Positions 47,332-57,911 of a stretch of 64,000 bases of DNA are shown in pieces; position 1 is the stretch's first letter, and each line of letters opens with the position of its first letter. Source of the DNA: Polyangiales bacterium (lineage in GTDB: Bacteria; Myxococcota_A; Polyangia; Polyangiales; Polyangiaceae); the NCBI GenBank assembly GCA_038231275.1, contig JBBRLQ010000001.1:192001-256000 (forward strand). Reading direction: 5' to 3'. Under the pieces are notes generated by a model. The model was not told where the DNA came from and did no database searches. It worked only from the letters and a program-made list of their open reading frames with translations. Made by a program: the position numbers and the translations under genes.

Positions 47332-49197
47332 ATGAGCGATCGGATGGGGCGAAACCTTGCCTGGCTCTCGGTGGGCGCTGCCGCGCTCGGCGGGCTCTGG
47401 ATCGCCACGCGCGTCGCGGCGCCGCCGCCCGTACCGCTCGCCGCCGCGGTCCCGTCCGCAGCCCCGGCGCCGGCCGACGAGCCCGATGAGGACACGCGCT
47501 CGTACTCGTTCCGGCTTCCATCCGGAGAACCGACGGCGCTGGCATGTGGCGAGGCGCGTCGCATCGTGGAGCAGGTCCGCGCGGGGTTGGCGTACGAGCC
47601 CGACGCCGTCGCGACGCGCGCGTTCTCCGAGTCGACTGCCGATTGGCTCGATCCCCACGAGCTTTGGGCCCTCTCCTCCGACGCGCCGACGAACACGACG
47701 ATCGAGAAGCACGCGACGGAGCTCATTGGTGAGATCGAAGGGCGGCGCCTCGACGACTGCGAGGCCGCGCGCGCGATCGCCGAAGCGCTCGTGCCGTGGG
47801 TCGGCGAGCTGCGTGGCGTGTTCGACACCGCGCGTGCAGGTCCTGCGGGCCCAGAGGAGGCCGACGCGCTCCGTGCTCCTCTCGTCGTAACGGGCACGAC
47901 GCGTATCGTCGCCCGTGAGCTGGCGGCGTCGCTCGGGAGGCGCGCTGCCGCCGTCGAGCGCATGCTGGGCGCGGCCGGAAAGACGTACGCCGACGCCGCG
48001 CGCGAGCGCTTTTTTCCTGGCCTCGACGCGGAGGGGTGGTCGAAGGTCATCCTCGCCGCCGCCGTGCGCGCGTACGTGCCGCTGGTCGATCCGCACGGAG
48101 CGTGGGCACCGTTCGACGAGGAGGCCAGCGTCTACGAGGTGGAGCTCTCCGCAAGGCCGCCGAGCCGCCTCTGGCAGTCCGGCGAGTTCACCGCGCTCGG
48201 GTTTCGCGTAAAAGAAGGTGCCGCAGAGCCGCTCGCCAAGGGCGACGTCCTCCTCGCCGTCGCGGGCGTGCCGATCGCGGGGTTGCCGCTCGAGCAGCTG
48301 GATCAGCTCGGCTTCGCGGCAGCCGAAGCCCGCACGCCAGAGACCGCGGTGCTCGTGCGCGAGGGCGAATCGTCGCCGCGCACCGTCAAGCTCAGCCCCG
48401 CCGACGAGACTCCGCCGCAAGCGCGTGAGCACGAGCCGCTCCCCGCCGAGCGCCTCCCCTTCGGCGACGGCGACGCGCTGCTCGTGACGATCCGCGACGT
48501 CCGCGACGATCTCGGCGATCAGCTCGCGCGCGCAATTCGCGATGCGCGCGGGCGTGGAGATGGGCGCGCGCTCGCGGGCGTCGTCCTGGATCTCCGCGGA
48601 AACGGCGGCGGCTCGACCGACGGCGCGATCGACGCGCTCGGCCTCTTTTTGCCGGGCGCGCCGCTCTTCCCCATGAAGCGGCGCGACGGCACGATCGAGA
48701 CCGATCGCGCGCCCGAGCCGCCCGCGCAGGATCGCTGGACCGGCCCCGTCGCCACGCTCGTCGACGGCTCCACCGCCAGCGCGGCCGAGATGATCGCCGG
48801 CGCGCTCGCCTCGTACCACCGCGGTCCGCACGTCGGCGCGCCGACCTACGGCAAGGGCTGCGCGCAGGAATACGTGGACGACGACGCGCGCGCCGGCGTG
48901 CTCCGCTTGACGACGCTGCTCTACGCGCTGCCCGACGGGACACCGGTGCAGAAGGTCGGGTTGACTCCGCTCTTTCGCGTGCCGTTCGCGGGCAGCGCCA
49001 CCGATCGCGAGGCGACGCTCGCCCACTCGGCGCCGACGTGGCACGGGCCCGACGTCCGACAGAAGATCGCCGATCTCGGACCGTTCGCGTGGCCGAGCCA
49101 CGGCGGCGCGGTGGGACCGTGCAAAGACGTCGACGTCTGCCGCGCCCTCCGCGCCATCGGCAACGGCGGCAAGCGACCGATCGCCGCGAAACGCTGA
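47332..49197 (+). CDS. S41 family carboxy-terminal processing protease
   Basis: DPH, DLRGNGGG, TASAAE, TYGKG; N-terminal TM helix. Confidence 0.88.
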   Translation: MSDRMGRNLAWLSVGAAALGGLWIATRVAAPPPVPLAAAVPSAAPAPADEPDEDTRSYSFRLPSGEPTALACGEARRIVEQVRAGLAYEPDAVATRAFSESTADWLDPHELWALSSDAPTNTTIEKHATELIGEIEGRRLDDCEAARAIAEALVPWVGELRGVFDTARAGPAGPEEADALRAPLVVTGTTRIVARELAASLGRRAAAVERMLGAAGKTYADAARERFFPGLDAEGWSKVILAAAVRAYVPLVDPHGAWAPFDEEASVYEVELSARPPSRLWQSGEFTALGFRVKEGAAEPLAKGDVLLAVAGVPIAGLPLEQLDQLGFAAAEARTPETAVLVREGESSPRTVKLSPADETPPQAREHEPLPAERLPFGDGDALLVTIRDVRDDLGDQLARAIRDARGRGDGRALAGVVLDLRGNGGGSTDGAIDALGLFLPGAPLFPMKRRDGTIETDRAPEPPAQDRWTGPVATLVDGSTASAAEMIAGALASYHRGPHVGAPTYGKGCAQEYVDDDARAGVLRLTTLLYALPDGTPVQKVGLTPLFRVPFAGSATDREATLAHSAPTWHGPDVRQKIADLGPFAWPSHGGAVGPCKDVDVCRALRAIGNGGKRPIAAKR

Positions 49198-49216
49198 CCA
49201 ACGCGAGCGCCGAGCG

Positions 49217-50104
49217 CTACGTGGGCGCGCCGGGGGGCCGCGTCGGCATTCGCGTCGAGTTCACGACCGCGAGATCCATCAGGCCGCGTGAGGCGGCGGC
49301 CTCGATCGCGCGGCGGAGCCCGTCGTAGCTCGCGAACGAGTCGGGCGCGAACGACTCGACGCCGAAGGTGCGCTTCACGAGCGGCGCCATCGTCGGATCG
49401 GAGCACGCATCGACGAACGCGGCGGCCAGCGATTTGCCGAGGTCGGGGTCGATGTCGTTGCGCACGGCGATCAGGTCGGCGGGGATCTCGCCAAACGTAG
49501 CGAGCACGCGCAGCGCCGAGTACTCACCGGTCTCGTTCGTCCAGCCTCCGCGCGACACGGCGCCGACGTCGTCGAGACCCGCGAAGGTGGCGGCGACGTC
49601 GGCCGATCCGTCGATGAGCGCGCGGACGGCCGCCTGGTGCGAGCCGTAGAACCGCTCCTCCGCGAAGACCGTGCGCGGATCGATCCCGTGCGCGGCGAGC
49701 TGGATGCGCGGGAGCACGTAGCCGCTCGCGCTGAGCGGATCGACCCACGCGATGCTCTTGCCGCGGAGATCCTCCAGCGACTCGATGTCGGAGGCGATCG
49801 GCACGACGAGCACCGACTGGTATCCGCCGACGCCGGTGCGACGACGGCGGTTCACGACGAGCGGCGCGGCGACGCCCTCGTGCTCGAGGCGAACGAACAC
49901 GATGGGCGGCAGCCACGCGACGTGCAGCGCCCCTTCGACCATCTGCCGCGCGAGCGCCTCGTACGACGGCACCTGGAAGCGCACGAGCTCGATCCCCGCG
50001 CGCGCGCCGATCCATCGGATGAGCGTGCCGACGCCGGCGTCCGGGCCCGAGCTGGTCTCGGGGACGGCGAGGCCGAAGACGAGGCGTGAGGGCAGGCCGG
50101 TCAT
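49217..50104 (-). CDS. PhnD-like phosphate/phosphonate substrate-binding domain protein
   Basis: YQSVLVV, DLRGKSIAWVDPLSASGYVLP, GSHQAAVRAL, IPADLI. Confidence 0.85.
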   Translation of the reverse strand: MTGLPSRLVFGLAVPETSSGPDAGVGTLIRWIGARAGIELVRFQVPSYEALARQMVEGALHVAWLPPIVFVRLEHEGVAAPLVVNRRRRTGVGGYQSVLVVPIASDIESLEDLRGKSIAWVDPLSASGYVLPRIQLAAHGIDPRTVFAEERFYGSHQAAVRALIDGSADVAATFAGLDDVGAVSRGGWTNETGEYSALRVLATFGEIPADLIAVRNDIDPDLGKSLAAAFVDACSDPTMAPLVKRTFGVESFAPDSFASYDGLRRAIEAAASRGLMDLAVVNSTRMPTRPPGAPT

Positions 50105-50183
50105 GAAGGTCGCGTGCAGTATCAGGGGCCTCGGCCAAAGTCGCAACCGGCGCCATCGCGCATCGTCCGGCCAACCGCAGCCC

Positions 50184-50951
50184 TCAGCGGTGGATCAGGT
50201 CGATCGCCAGCTTGACGACCAGCGCGAGCACGACCAGGAGCACGACCGCGCGCACGAAACGGTCACCGCGGCGGATCGCGAGGCGCACGCCGACGAAGGC
50301 GCCGAGGGCGTTCGCGGCCGCCATCGGCAGGGCGATTTGCCAGATCACCGTGCCGCGGATGCTGAAAAGAAGGAGCGCCGCGAGGTTCGAGGCCAGGTTC
50401 ACCACCTTCGCGTTTCCGGAGGCGCGTGTGAGGTTGTCGCCGAACAGGAGCGCGTTCCCTACGATCAGCATCGAGCCGGTGCCCGGTCCGAAAAATCCGT
50501 CGTACGCGCCGAGGCCCAAGGCAAGGATGCCCAGCGCGAGGCGGGGCCGAGTCGCCCACGGCGCCGTTGCCTCGGTCGTTCGCCGAAGCGCGACCACCGC
50601 CGCGGCGACCACGAGGAGCACGAGAATCACCGGGCGTAGACGCGCCGGTGTGAAGAGGAAGAGCATCGCCGCGCCGCCGAGAGAGCCGACGAAGCCCGAC
50701 ACGAACGCGAGCGGCACGCGCGGGCGATCGATCGCGTCACGCGACCAGAACGAGGCGAACGACGACACCGCGCCGAAAGACGCCTGCCCTTTGTTGGTCC
50801 CGAGAGCGAGGTGCGGAGGCAGCCCAGCCGTGAGGAGCGCCGGCACGGTCAGGAGCCCACCGCCTCCTGCGATCGCGTCGACGAGCCCGGCGAAGAAGCC
50901 GACCAAGGCGAGCAGCGCGAGGGTCGAGGGTGCGACGTCGTGGCCGAGCAC
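50184..50951 (-). CDS. TauE/SafE (TSUP) family transporter
   Basis: DAIAGGGGLL, ALGTNK, YDGFFGPGTG, NAKVVNLASN. Confidence 0.92.
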   Translation of the reverse strand: MLGHDVAPSTLALLALVGFFAGLVDAIAGGGGLLTVPALLTAGLPPHLALGTNKGQASFGAVSSFASFWSRDAIDRPRVPLAFVSGFVGSLGGAAMLFLFTPARLRPVILVLLVVAAAVVALRRTTEATAPWATRPRLALGILALGLGAYDGFFGPGTGSMLIVGNALLFGDNLTRASGNAKVVNLASNLAALLLFSIRGTVIWQIALPMAAANALGAFVGVRLAIRRGDRFVRAVVLLVVLALVVKLAIDLIHR

Positions 50952-50989
50952 CGCGCGACGCTACCACGACGCGGTGCTACGATTCCTTC

Positions 50990-52063
50990 GTGGCGCGCTC
51001 TCCGTTTCGAGACGAGGAGGAGGCGGCGCTCGAGCGCGTCGGTCGCCTCGAGCGGGAGAACGCAGAGCTCCGCGCGGCGCTCGCGGCGTCGCATCGGTCG
51101 GCCGGTCGCGGCGGGCCTGCGCGTCCGACGCTGGCGATCGCGGCGGTCGTCCTGTGCGCGGCGACGGTGACCGGCCTCGTGACCGCGCGCCTCCCGACGC
51201 CGAACGATCGCGCGAGCGCGGCGCTGGCGGTGCCGGCGAATCATGGCGACGCGCAGTGGCGTCCTCTCACCACGAGCGCGCGCACGCTTCGCGCTGCGAC
51301 GGCGATCGGCAGCACGGTCCTCGTCGCCGGTGATGGAGCGCTCCTCCGTTTCGGCGGCGCCGAGGACGATGGCGACGACGCGATCCCCTCGCGCTGGCCA
51401 GCGATTCACGGAGTCGGCGGGCAGCGCGGCCATCTCTTCGCCGTCGGAGAGCGCGGCACCATTCTGGCCGAGCGCGGCGCGCGGGCGTGGATGCCGGAGA
51501 CGACCCCGCCGGTCCCCGAGCTCCGCGCCGTCACCGCCGCAGGAGACGACGCGTGGGCAGTGGGCAGAGGCGGTGCCGTCCTCCACCTGACGCGCCAGCG
51601 GTGGATCCTCGAGGACAGCGGCACGACGCGCGATCTCAACGGCGTCGCGCGCAGCCCCGATGGCGTCTACGTCGTCGGAGCGAGTGGCACGATCCTCGTG
51701 CAGCGCCCCGACCGCGCGGGATGGATCGAGGAGTCGAGCGGCGTCGGCGCCGACTTGCTCGCCGCGTTCCAGCAAGACGGCGTCGTTTACGCGGTCGGCA
51801 AAGGCGGCGCGATCGTCCGGCGCGCGCGCGACGGATGGGTCCGCGAAGCGAGCGGGACGCTCCACGATCTCTTTGCCGTGGGCGGCGACGGCCAGGCCGT
51901 CTACGCGGTCGGCGCGGCAGGCACGATCCTCCGCTCCGCCGGCACCGGCGTCTGGCGGGTCGAGGAGGGCCACACGACCGGCGATCTCCTCTGCGTCGCG
52001 GGCGCCGGCGAGCTCGTCTACGCCGCTGGCGAAGGCGGGACGCTCGTGCGACGCTCGTATTGA
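50990..52063 (+). CDS. membrane-anchored beta-propeller (YCF48/BNR-like) protein
   Basis: N-terminal coiled coil and TM helix; about 6-7 repeats of 'AVGxxGTIL...W..E.SG...DL'. Confidence 0.75.
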   Translation: MARSPFRDEEEAALERVGRLERENAELRAALAASHRSAGRGGPARPTLAIAAVVLCAATVTGLVTARLPTPNDRASAALAVPANHGDAQWRPLTTSARTLRAATAIGSTVLVAGDGALLRFGGAEDDGDDAIPSRWPAIHGVGGQRGHLFAVGERGTILAERGARAWMPETTPPVPELRAVTAAGDDAWAVGRGGAVLHLTRQRWILEDSGTTRDLNGVARSPDGVYVVGASGTILVQRPDRAGWIEESSGVGADLLAAFQQDGVVYAVGKGGAIVRRARDGWVREASGTLHDLFAVGGDGQAVYAVGAAGTILRSAGTGVWRVEEGHTTGDLLCVAGAGELVYAAGEGGTLVRRSY

Positions 52064-52641
52064 TGAACCGCCGCTTCAGCATCGTGCTCGGCAGCACCCG
52101 CGAGGGGGGCAACTCCGAGGTCCTCGCCAAGCACGCGCTCGAGGGCGTCCCGCAAGGCGCCGAGACGCGCTGGCTGCGCCTCCGCGATCTCCCCCTGCCG
52201 CCCTTCGTCGACGTGCGCCACGAAGGCGAGGGCGAGTACCCCGCCCCGACCGGCCACGCCAAGACGCTCCTCGACGCCACCCTGTGGGCGACCGATCTCG
52301 TCTTCGCGACGCCCACGTACTGGTACAGCCTCCCTGCGTCGGTGAAGCTCTACCTCGATCACTGGAGCGCGTGGATGCGCGTGCCGGGCCTCGAGTTCAA
52401 GAAGGCGATGAAGGGGCGGGCGCTCTGGGTCATCACCGTCAACTCCGACGATCCCGGCGAGGACGCCAGCAGCGGGCCCCTGCTGCGCACGCTCGAGCTA
52501 ACTGCAGAATACATGCACATGCGCTTCGCGGGAGCGCTGGTCGGCCACGGCAACCGCCCCGGCGACGCCGCGAAGGACGAGATCGCCATCCGCGCCGCGC
52601 GCACGTTCTTCCGCGTGAGCGGGTCTACTCCGCACTTGTGA
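52063..52641 (+). CDS. flavodoxin-like NAD(P)H-dependent oxidoreductase
   Basis: LGSTREGGNSE, ATPTYWYSLPASVKLYLDHW; TGATG coupling. Confidence 0.88.
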   Translation: MNRRFSIVLGSTREGGNSEVLAKHALEGVPQGAETRWLRLRDLPLPPFVDVRHEGEGEYPAPTGHAKTLLDATLWATDLVFATPTYWYSLPASVKLYLDHWSAWMRVPGLEFKKAMKGRALWVITVNSDDPGEDASSGPLLRTLELTAEYMHMRFAGALVGHGNRPGDAAKDEIAIRAARTFFRVSGSTPHL

Positions 52642-55495
52642 CGGGGCCGTCTGCGAGCGCCGCCGCTTCCGCGAGCTCCACCGGCGCCGCGAGCGTGCGC
52701 GTCTTCTTCACGGCGGCGAGATCGAGCGGCGACGCGATCGCGCCGTTTTTCCACATTCCGAGCGCCGCCCGCACCGCGCGGTGCGGCAGGTCGGGAGCGA
52801 GCGACTCCAGGACCTCGGTGATCTTCACCGCGCCAGAGCCGCGGATCTCGACGTCGACCGTGATGGGCACCAGATCGCCGACGAGCCCCGCCGCCTCGAT
52901 CACGCCCGCGTCGTCCCCGCGCGTGATCCCGCGAACGAACTCGCGCACGTTCACCCATTTGCCGATGCCGTCGATCTTGCGGAGCACCTTGCGCTCGGTC
53001 TCCGCGAGCAGCTTGGCGATGGCGTCGTCGAGCCACGCGTCGCCCCCGTGCTCGTTCACGACGATGCGGGGAATCGCGACGACGTAGCGCGCGGCATCGA
53101 CGATGCGCGAGACGCTCGCGTCCTGCTCGGCGAGCACGACGCCGCCGAAGAAACGAAGGCCGTCCCCCGAGCCCGCCGAGAGCCCGTCCAGGATCGCGGC
53201 CGGATCAACGTCGCACGTGAGCTTGACGTCGACGATCTCTGCCAAGCTCGACACCCCGAGGCTGAGCGCCGGGCCGAACGTCATCTCCGCCTTCGGGTGG
53301 TACCCGGAGCTGTAATAGAGCGGCAGCTCGAGGCGACGGAACGCGCGCGGCAAGGCGCGAATCAAATCGAGGTGCGACAGAAACGCGCTCGGTCCGACCT
53401 TCGTGAACCCGAAGCGGTACCGGCGCGCGACGCCCTGCACGATGCGCGGCGGCGGCGCCTTGCCCTTGCCGGCTGCCGCAATCTCCGGCAGCGCCTTGGG
53501 CGTCACCTTCGATTTCGCCCCGAGCTTCGTCAGGTAGACGAGACGCTCGCTGCGCATCGCCGACAGATCGCACGCGACGCCGCAGTCGTAGCAGACCAGC
53601 TTGCGCGCATCGGCGCCCGCGTCGTCGAGGTTCGTGTGGTGCACGAACATCCCGGCAGCCTTGCCGCACGGCACGCTGAGGCGACTCTTCAGCGCCTTCC
53701 GGTACTCGCGCACGAGGAAGCCGTCTTCGAGCCCGACGGAGATGTGATCCCACGGCAGCCGCGCCGTCACCGGAATGGTGCCGAGGTACTTGGCGATGTC
53801 GACGCCGCACGCCTCGAAGGCCGCCTCCCACACGTCGATCTTCAGCTGGTCCTCCCAGGAGTCGAACTTCGCGCCGGCGTCGTACGCTTTCTCGAGCACG
53901 TCGCACAGCGTGCGATCCCCGCGCGCGAAGACGCCTTCGAGCCACGACGTGTCGGCGTCGTGCATGCGCAACTCGACGCCGGAAGCGCGCGCCTCTTCCG
54001 AGAGCCAGCCTTGCTTTTCGCGTACGAGCGGCGCCGGGTCCATCGCGCACCACTGGAACGGCGTGTGGGGCTTGGGCACGTGCGTCGAGACGCTGACCGT
54101 CACCTTCGGGGCGCCGCCGAGGCCGCGCTCCTTCTTCACGCGCTTGCCCGCGTCGCGCGCGCGCTGGCCGACCTTGACGATCTCGCGTACGTCCGACTCT
54201 TCTTCCGTCGGCAGGCCGATCATGAAGTAGAGCTTCATCGACGCCCACCCGCGCGCAAAGATGCGCTCGGCGGTCTGCATCAGCTGCTCTTCGGTGACGT
54301 TCTTGTTCACCACGTCGCGCATGCGCTGGCTGCCCGCCTCGGGGGCGAAGGTCACGCCGGTCGCGCGCACGCGCTGGAGATCGTCGAGCACGTCCTCGCT
54401 GAGGCCGTAGGCGCGGAGGCTCGAGACGCCGAGCGACACCTTCTCGGGCGCCAGGCGCTCGGTCACCTTCTTCACGAGCGGCGCAATGCACGAGTAGTCC
54501 GCGGTCGACAGCGACGTCAGGCTCGCCTCGTCGTAGCCGCTCTTCTTGATGGCGGAGACGAGCGTCTCGACGATCTGGTCGGGATCGCGCTCGCGCACCG
54601 GGCGGTAAATCATGCCGGCTTGGCAGAAGCGGCAGCCCTCGGTACAGCCGCGCGCGATCTCGATCGACATCCGATCGAAGATCGCCTCGGGGCCGCCGAT
54701 GGGGCCGTCATCGGGGAACGGATACGCGTTCAGATCGTCGACCAGCGACCGCTCGACCGGGAGGCGCGCGCAGTCCACGGCGTCGGCCAATGGCGCGTCG
54801 ACGACGGTGAAGCCGGTGTCGGGATCGACGCTCGTCGAATAAAGCGACGGCACGTAGACGCCGCGGAGCTTCGCGATGCGGCGAAGTCGCTCGGCGCGCG
54901 GCACTCCGGCGTCCCGAAGCTCCGTCCACAGGAGCGCGATCTCGGTCGTGCGCTCTTCGCCGTCGCCGATCACGATCGCGTCGAGGAACGCCGTGACCGG
55001 TTCGGGGTGCGTCGCCGTAGGACCGCCGGCGATGACGAGCGGATCCTTCTCCCCGCGATCCTTCGATCTCCGCGGCACGCGCCCGAGATCGAGCATCGAC
55101 AAGACGTTCGAGTACGTCAGCTCGAACTGGAGCGAGAAGCCGACGACATCGAAATCCGACAGCGGCCGCGCGCTCTCGAGCGACACGAGCGGAAGACCGC
55201 GCGCGCGGAGCTCGCGGTCCATGTCGATCCACGGCGCGTAGCAGCGCTCGGCAAGCGTCCGCGGATCGTCGTTCAGGATCTTGTAGAGGATCTTGAAGCC
55301 GAGGTGGCTCATCCCGATGTCGTAGACGTCGGGGAACGCGAGGCAGACGCGCGCGCGCACGCTCGCCCAGTCCTTGGGTCGCGCGCCGTACTCGCCGCCG
55401 AGGTAGCGCGCCGGCTTCTGCACGAGGTGCACGAAGGCCTCGTACGGATGCGGCGCAGCGGGCTCGAGATGGGGGGGCGGCGTAGGGGTATTCAC
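52625..55495 (-). CDS. TIGR03960-type B12-binding radical SAM protein fused to DUF2344 (TIGR03936) domain
   Basis: KPARYLGGE, GCTEGCRFC, TFAPEAG, YFMIGLP, PKPHTPFQW; C-terminal FLSHLDL...YHPK. Confidence 0.92.
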   Translation of the reverse strand: MNTPTPPPHLEPAAPHPYEAFVHLVQKPARYLGGEYGARPKDWASVRARVCLAFPDVYDIGMSHLGFKILYKILNDDPRTLAERCYAPWIDMDRELRARGLPLVSLESARPLSDFDVVGFSLQFELTYSNVLSMLDLGRVPRRSKDRGEKDPLVIAGGPTATHPEPVTAFLDAIVIGDGEERTTEIALLWTELRDAGVPRAERLRRIAKLRGVYVPSLYSTSVDPDTGFTVVDAPLADAVDCARLPVERSLVDDLNAYPFPDDGPIGGPEAIFDRMSIEIARGCTEGCRFCQAGMIYRPVRERDPDQIVETLVSAIKKSGYDEASLTSLSTADYSCIAPLVKKVTERLAPEKVSLGVSSLRAYGLSEDVLDDLQRVRATGVTFAPEAGSQRMRDVVNKNVTEEQLMQTAERIFARGWASMKLYFMIGLPTEEESDVREIVKVGQRARDAGKRVKKERGLGGAPKVTVSVSTHVPKPHTPFQWCAMDPAPLVREKQGWLSEEARASGVELRMHDADTSWLEGVFARGDRTLCDVLEKAYDAGAKFDSWEDQLKIDVWEAAFEACGVDIAKYLGTIPVTARLPWDHISVGLEDGFLVREYRKALKSRLSVPCGKAAGMFVHHTNLDDAGADARKLVCYDCGVACDLSAMRSERLVYLTKLGAKSKVTPKALPEIAAAGKGKAPPPRIVQGVARRYRFGFTKVGPSAFLSHLDLIRALPRAFRRLELPLYYSSGYHPKAEMTFGPALSLGVSSLAEIVDVKLTCDVDPAAILDGLSAGSGDGLRFFGGVVLAEQDASVSRIVDAARYVVAIPRIVVNEHGGDAWLDDAIAKLLAETERKVLRKIDGIGKWVNVREFVRGITRGDDAGVIEAAGLVGDLVPITVDVEIRGSGAVKITEVLESLAPDLPHRAVRAALGMWKNGAIASPLDLAAVKKTRTLAAPVELAEAAALADGPVTSAE

Positions 55496-55604
55496 GGCAG
55501 AACCACCGGTTCTTACAGGCGTTTGCCTTAAACGCAAGCGGCGCGCCGAAACAGGCCCAATTGCCCGCTTCGGCCTCAGGTGTGCCGTTTGCGCCGCGCA
55601 CCCG

Positions 55605-57911
55605 CTACTTGGTGACGGGCCTCGCGCAGCGACCGTTGATGCATGTGTAGCCCTGCGGGCTCCCGCAGCAGTCGCCGTCGACCTTGCAGTTCTCGAACTC
55701 CTGCGAGCAGCCCGCCGGAGGCTTGTCTTGGCAAACGAGGCCGCCGCCGTCGTCGGCCTGGCGACAGAAGCCGCCGCAGCACTCGTCGCCGGTCTCGCAG
55801 GTGGTGCCGTTGGTGTGGCACGGATCGACCGCCCAGAAGCCGCGCAAGTTGCCGGCGTTGAGCTCCTGGCCGGGCAAGTAGAACGCGGGGTGGCTCGGGT
55901 CTTTGCCGGGCGCGGGGTTGAGATCGATCGCCGCGACCCACAGCTTCTTCGTGATGGGAGCGGCGCCCGTTCCGTTGTCGTACGGCGCGCCGGCGGCGAT
56001 GTTGCCGTAGATGCGCCGGGCCGTGAAGACGACCCACGCGTAGCCGCCCGACGCGATCGGGTTCATCGTCGGCTCGTAGTTGAGCGCGGTGTCGTCGGGG
56101 TGTTGCGCGTTGGTGGGCAGGTAGCTCGTGCCGCCGCTGATGCCGTTCAGCAGATCCATTCGAAGCGGCTGCGGCGCGCCGGCGGCGTTGACGTACCAGA
56201 GCTCGGCGCGCGCGTTGTTCCACGTCGACAGCTCGCAGTCGCCGCACGCGCCCGCGACGGACGTGTTGTGGAAGACGACGCCGCTCGAGTCGGGCAAAAA
56301 GCCCGGCCACCCCGGCCAACGACCGGCGTCGCGGTACAGCTCGCGCAGGTTCGTGAAGGCGTAGGGCCCCTGGCATCCCGCCGCGGCGTCGGGCTTGCCG
56401 CAATCGAAGTCCGTGATCGCGAGCGAGTGACCTGCGCCCGCCGTCACGCCGCCTCCGCCGGGACCCTCCCAGAAGTTGAACGAGACGTGTTTGCCGTCGG
56501 GCGAAAAAATCGGCGTGACCGCGGCCGTCACCGCGTTGGTCCAGCCGGTGGACGGGATCGCGTTGCCGGTCGCACGTGCGTAGAGCTGCGAGTCCAGGAT
56601 GTTGTGCTCGCGCGCGTGGCGAGAGCTCGTCATCGCGAAGGTGCCGTCGGGGTAGACGCCCGACCAGAGGAATTTGCGATCGTTCGAGGAGCCGTCGCTC
56701 GACGTCGCCGCGCCCACGTACGTTTGGATCACCGCGCCGCTATTGCGCAGATCGTACGACGCGCCGGTCGTGTACGAGCTGTCCTCGGTGTAGAGCGTGG
56801 AGCCGTCGCTCGAGACCTCGTGGCAGACGTGGCAGCTCGTCTCCGTGCCAGGCACCGCGACCGTCGGAGCGAGCGCGCCGGGCTTGATCGCGAGGACGGC
56901 GCCATTGCCGCCGCCGACGAGGCGCGAGTTGTAGGAATTGTAATAGACGGTGCCTTTGAGGACGCCGGGCGCGATCGTGTAGCTCTGGTGGATGGGGCCG
57001 TATGCGACGCCTGCCGCTGCGACGACGACGTCGACGTTGAGCGGATCGCCGGAGTTGCTGTTCGTCGCTTGCCGCCACGCCGCCTGATCGATGGGCTGGT
57101 GGACGAGCGACGTGCCCGAGTAAAAGCCCTGGAACTCGAAGTTCTTCTCGGTCAAATGAATGTAAACTGCATTGACCCCGTGGGTGGTCTGCCACTGGAG
57201 GAGCGGCGCGAGGATGCCGCGCGGCCACACCGTCTTGTCGTACGGGTAGAGAAAGCCGAGCTCCGCGGCGTTCGCGGGCGGAGTGGGCGGCGGCGGACCG
57301 GTGAGGATGCCGACCGTGCCGGGATCGACGACGCCGCCCGACCCTTCACCGCCTACGCCGCCGACGCCGCCTGCGCCTCCGTCCGGAACGCCCGCGTCGG
57401 CGCCGCCTGGCGCGCCGTTCTGCACGACCTTCACGCGAACGGTCACCGTCGTCTTCGCCGAAATCGCCTGGTAGCGCGCCGTCACGTTGCCGGTGCCGCC
57501 GACGAAGCCGGTGGGCGTGAAGACGCCGGTGCTCGCGCCGATCACGCCGAGCTCGCCGCGGTCGACCGTCCATGAGACTGGAACGCTCGCGCCGGTGTTG
57601 TCGGTCGCAGTGAAAGTGACGGGCGTGGCGACGAGGGTGCCGTTGGTGATCGTGACGTCGACCGTCGGATCCTTCGGCGCGATGACGAGCGACGTGACCG
57701 GCCCGCCGCCTCCGCCGTCGCCGAAGATCGAGCTGTCGCCGAAGGGATCGACGAGGCCGCCGTCCCCACCGTCGAGCGACGCGTCGCCTTCGTTGAAGCC
57801 GCTCGGCGTGCCATCGCTCCCGCATCCGGCGTGCGCCGCGCCGAGCGCGAGAGCGAGCGACAGAGCCGCCGTCCATCCGAAGCCACCCTTGAAGCCCGCG
57901 TTCTTAAGCAT
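55605..57911 (-). CDS. large lipoprotein with Ig-like domains, TolB-like propeller and Cys-rich C-terminus
   Basis: SD GAGGAG; signal ending HAGC; FLYPYDKTV, GTVYY, CHVCH, FSPDG, DPSHPAFYLPGQE. Confidence 0.78.
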   Translation of the reverse strand: MLKNAGFKGGFGWTAALSLALALGAAHAGCGSDGTPSGFNEGDASLDGGDGGLVDPFGDSSIFGDGGGGGPVTSLVIAPKDPTVDVTITNGTLVATPVTFTATDNTGASVPVSWTVDRGELGVIGASTGVFTPTGFVGGTGNVTARYQAISAKTTVTVRVKVVQNGAPGGADAGVPDGGAGGVGGVGGEGSGGVVDPGTVGILTGPPPPTPPANAAELGFLYPYDKTVWPRGILAPLLQWQTTHGVNAVYIHLTEKNFEFQGFYSGTSLVHQPIDQAAWRQATNSNSGDPLNVDVVVAAAGVAYGPIHQSYTIAPGVLKGTVYYNSYNSRLVGGGNGAVLAIKPGALAPTVAVPGTETSCHVCHEVSSDGSTLYTEDSSYTTGASYDLRNSGAVIQTYVGAATSSDGSSNDRKFLWSGVYPDGTFAMTSSRHAREHNILDSQLYARATGNAIPSTGWTNAVTAAVTPIFSPDGKHVSFNFWEGPGGGGVTAGAGHSLAITDFDCGKPDAAAGCQGPYAFTNLRELYRDAGRWPGWPGFLPDSSGVVFHNTSVAGACGDCELSTWNNARAELWYVNAAGAPQPLRMDLLNGISGGTSYLPTNAQHPDDTALNYEPTMNPIASGGYAWVVFTARRIYGNIAAGAPYDNGTGAAPITKKLWVAAIDLNPAPGKDPSHPAFYLPGQELNAGNLRGFWAVDPCHTNGTTCETGDECCGGFCRQADDGGGLVCQDKPPAGCSQEFENCKVDGDCCGSPQGYTCINGRCARPVTK

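Noticed and set aside
52781-55531. 916-aa ORF antisense to the radical SAM gene (and similar antisense ORFs throughout)
   Set aside because: Mirror frames stay open because of GC3 bias; no recognisable domains
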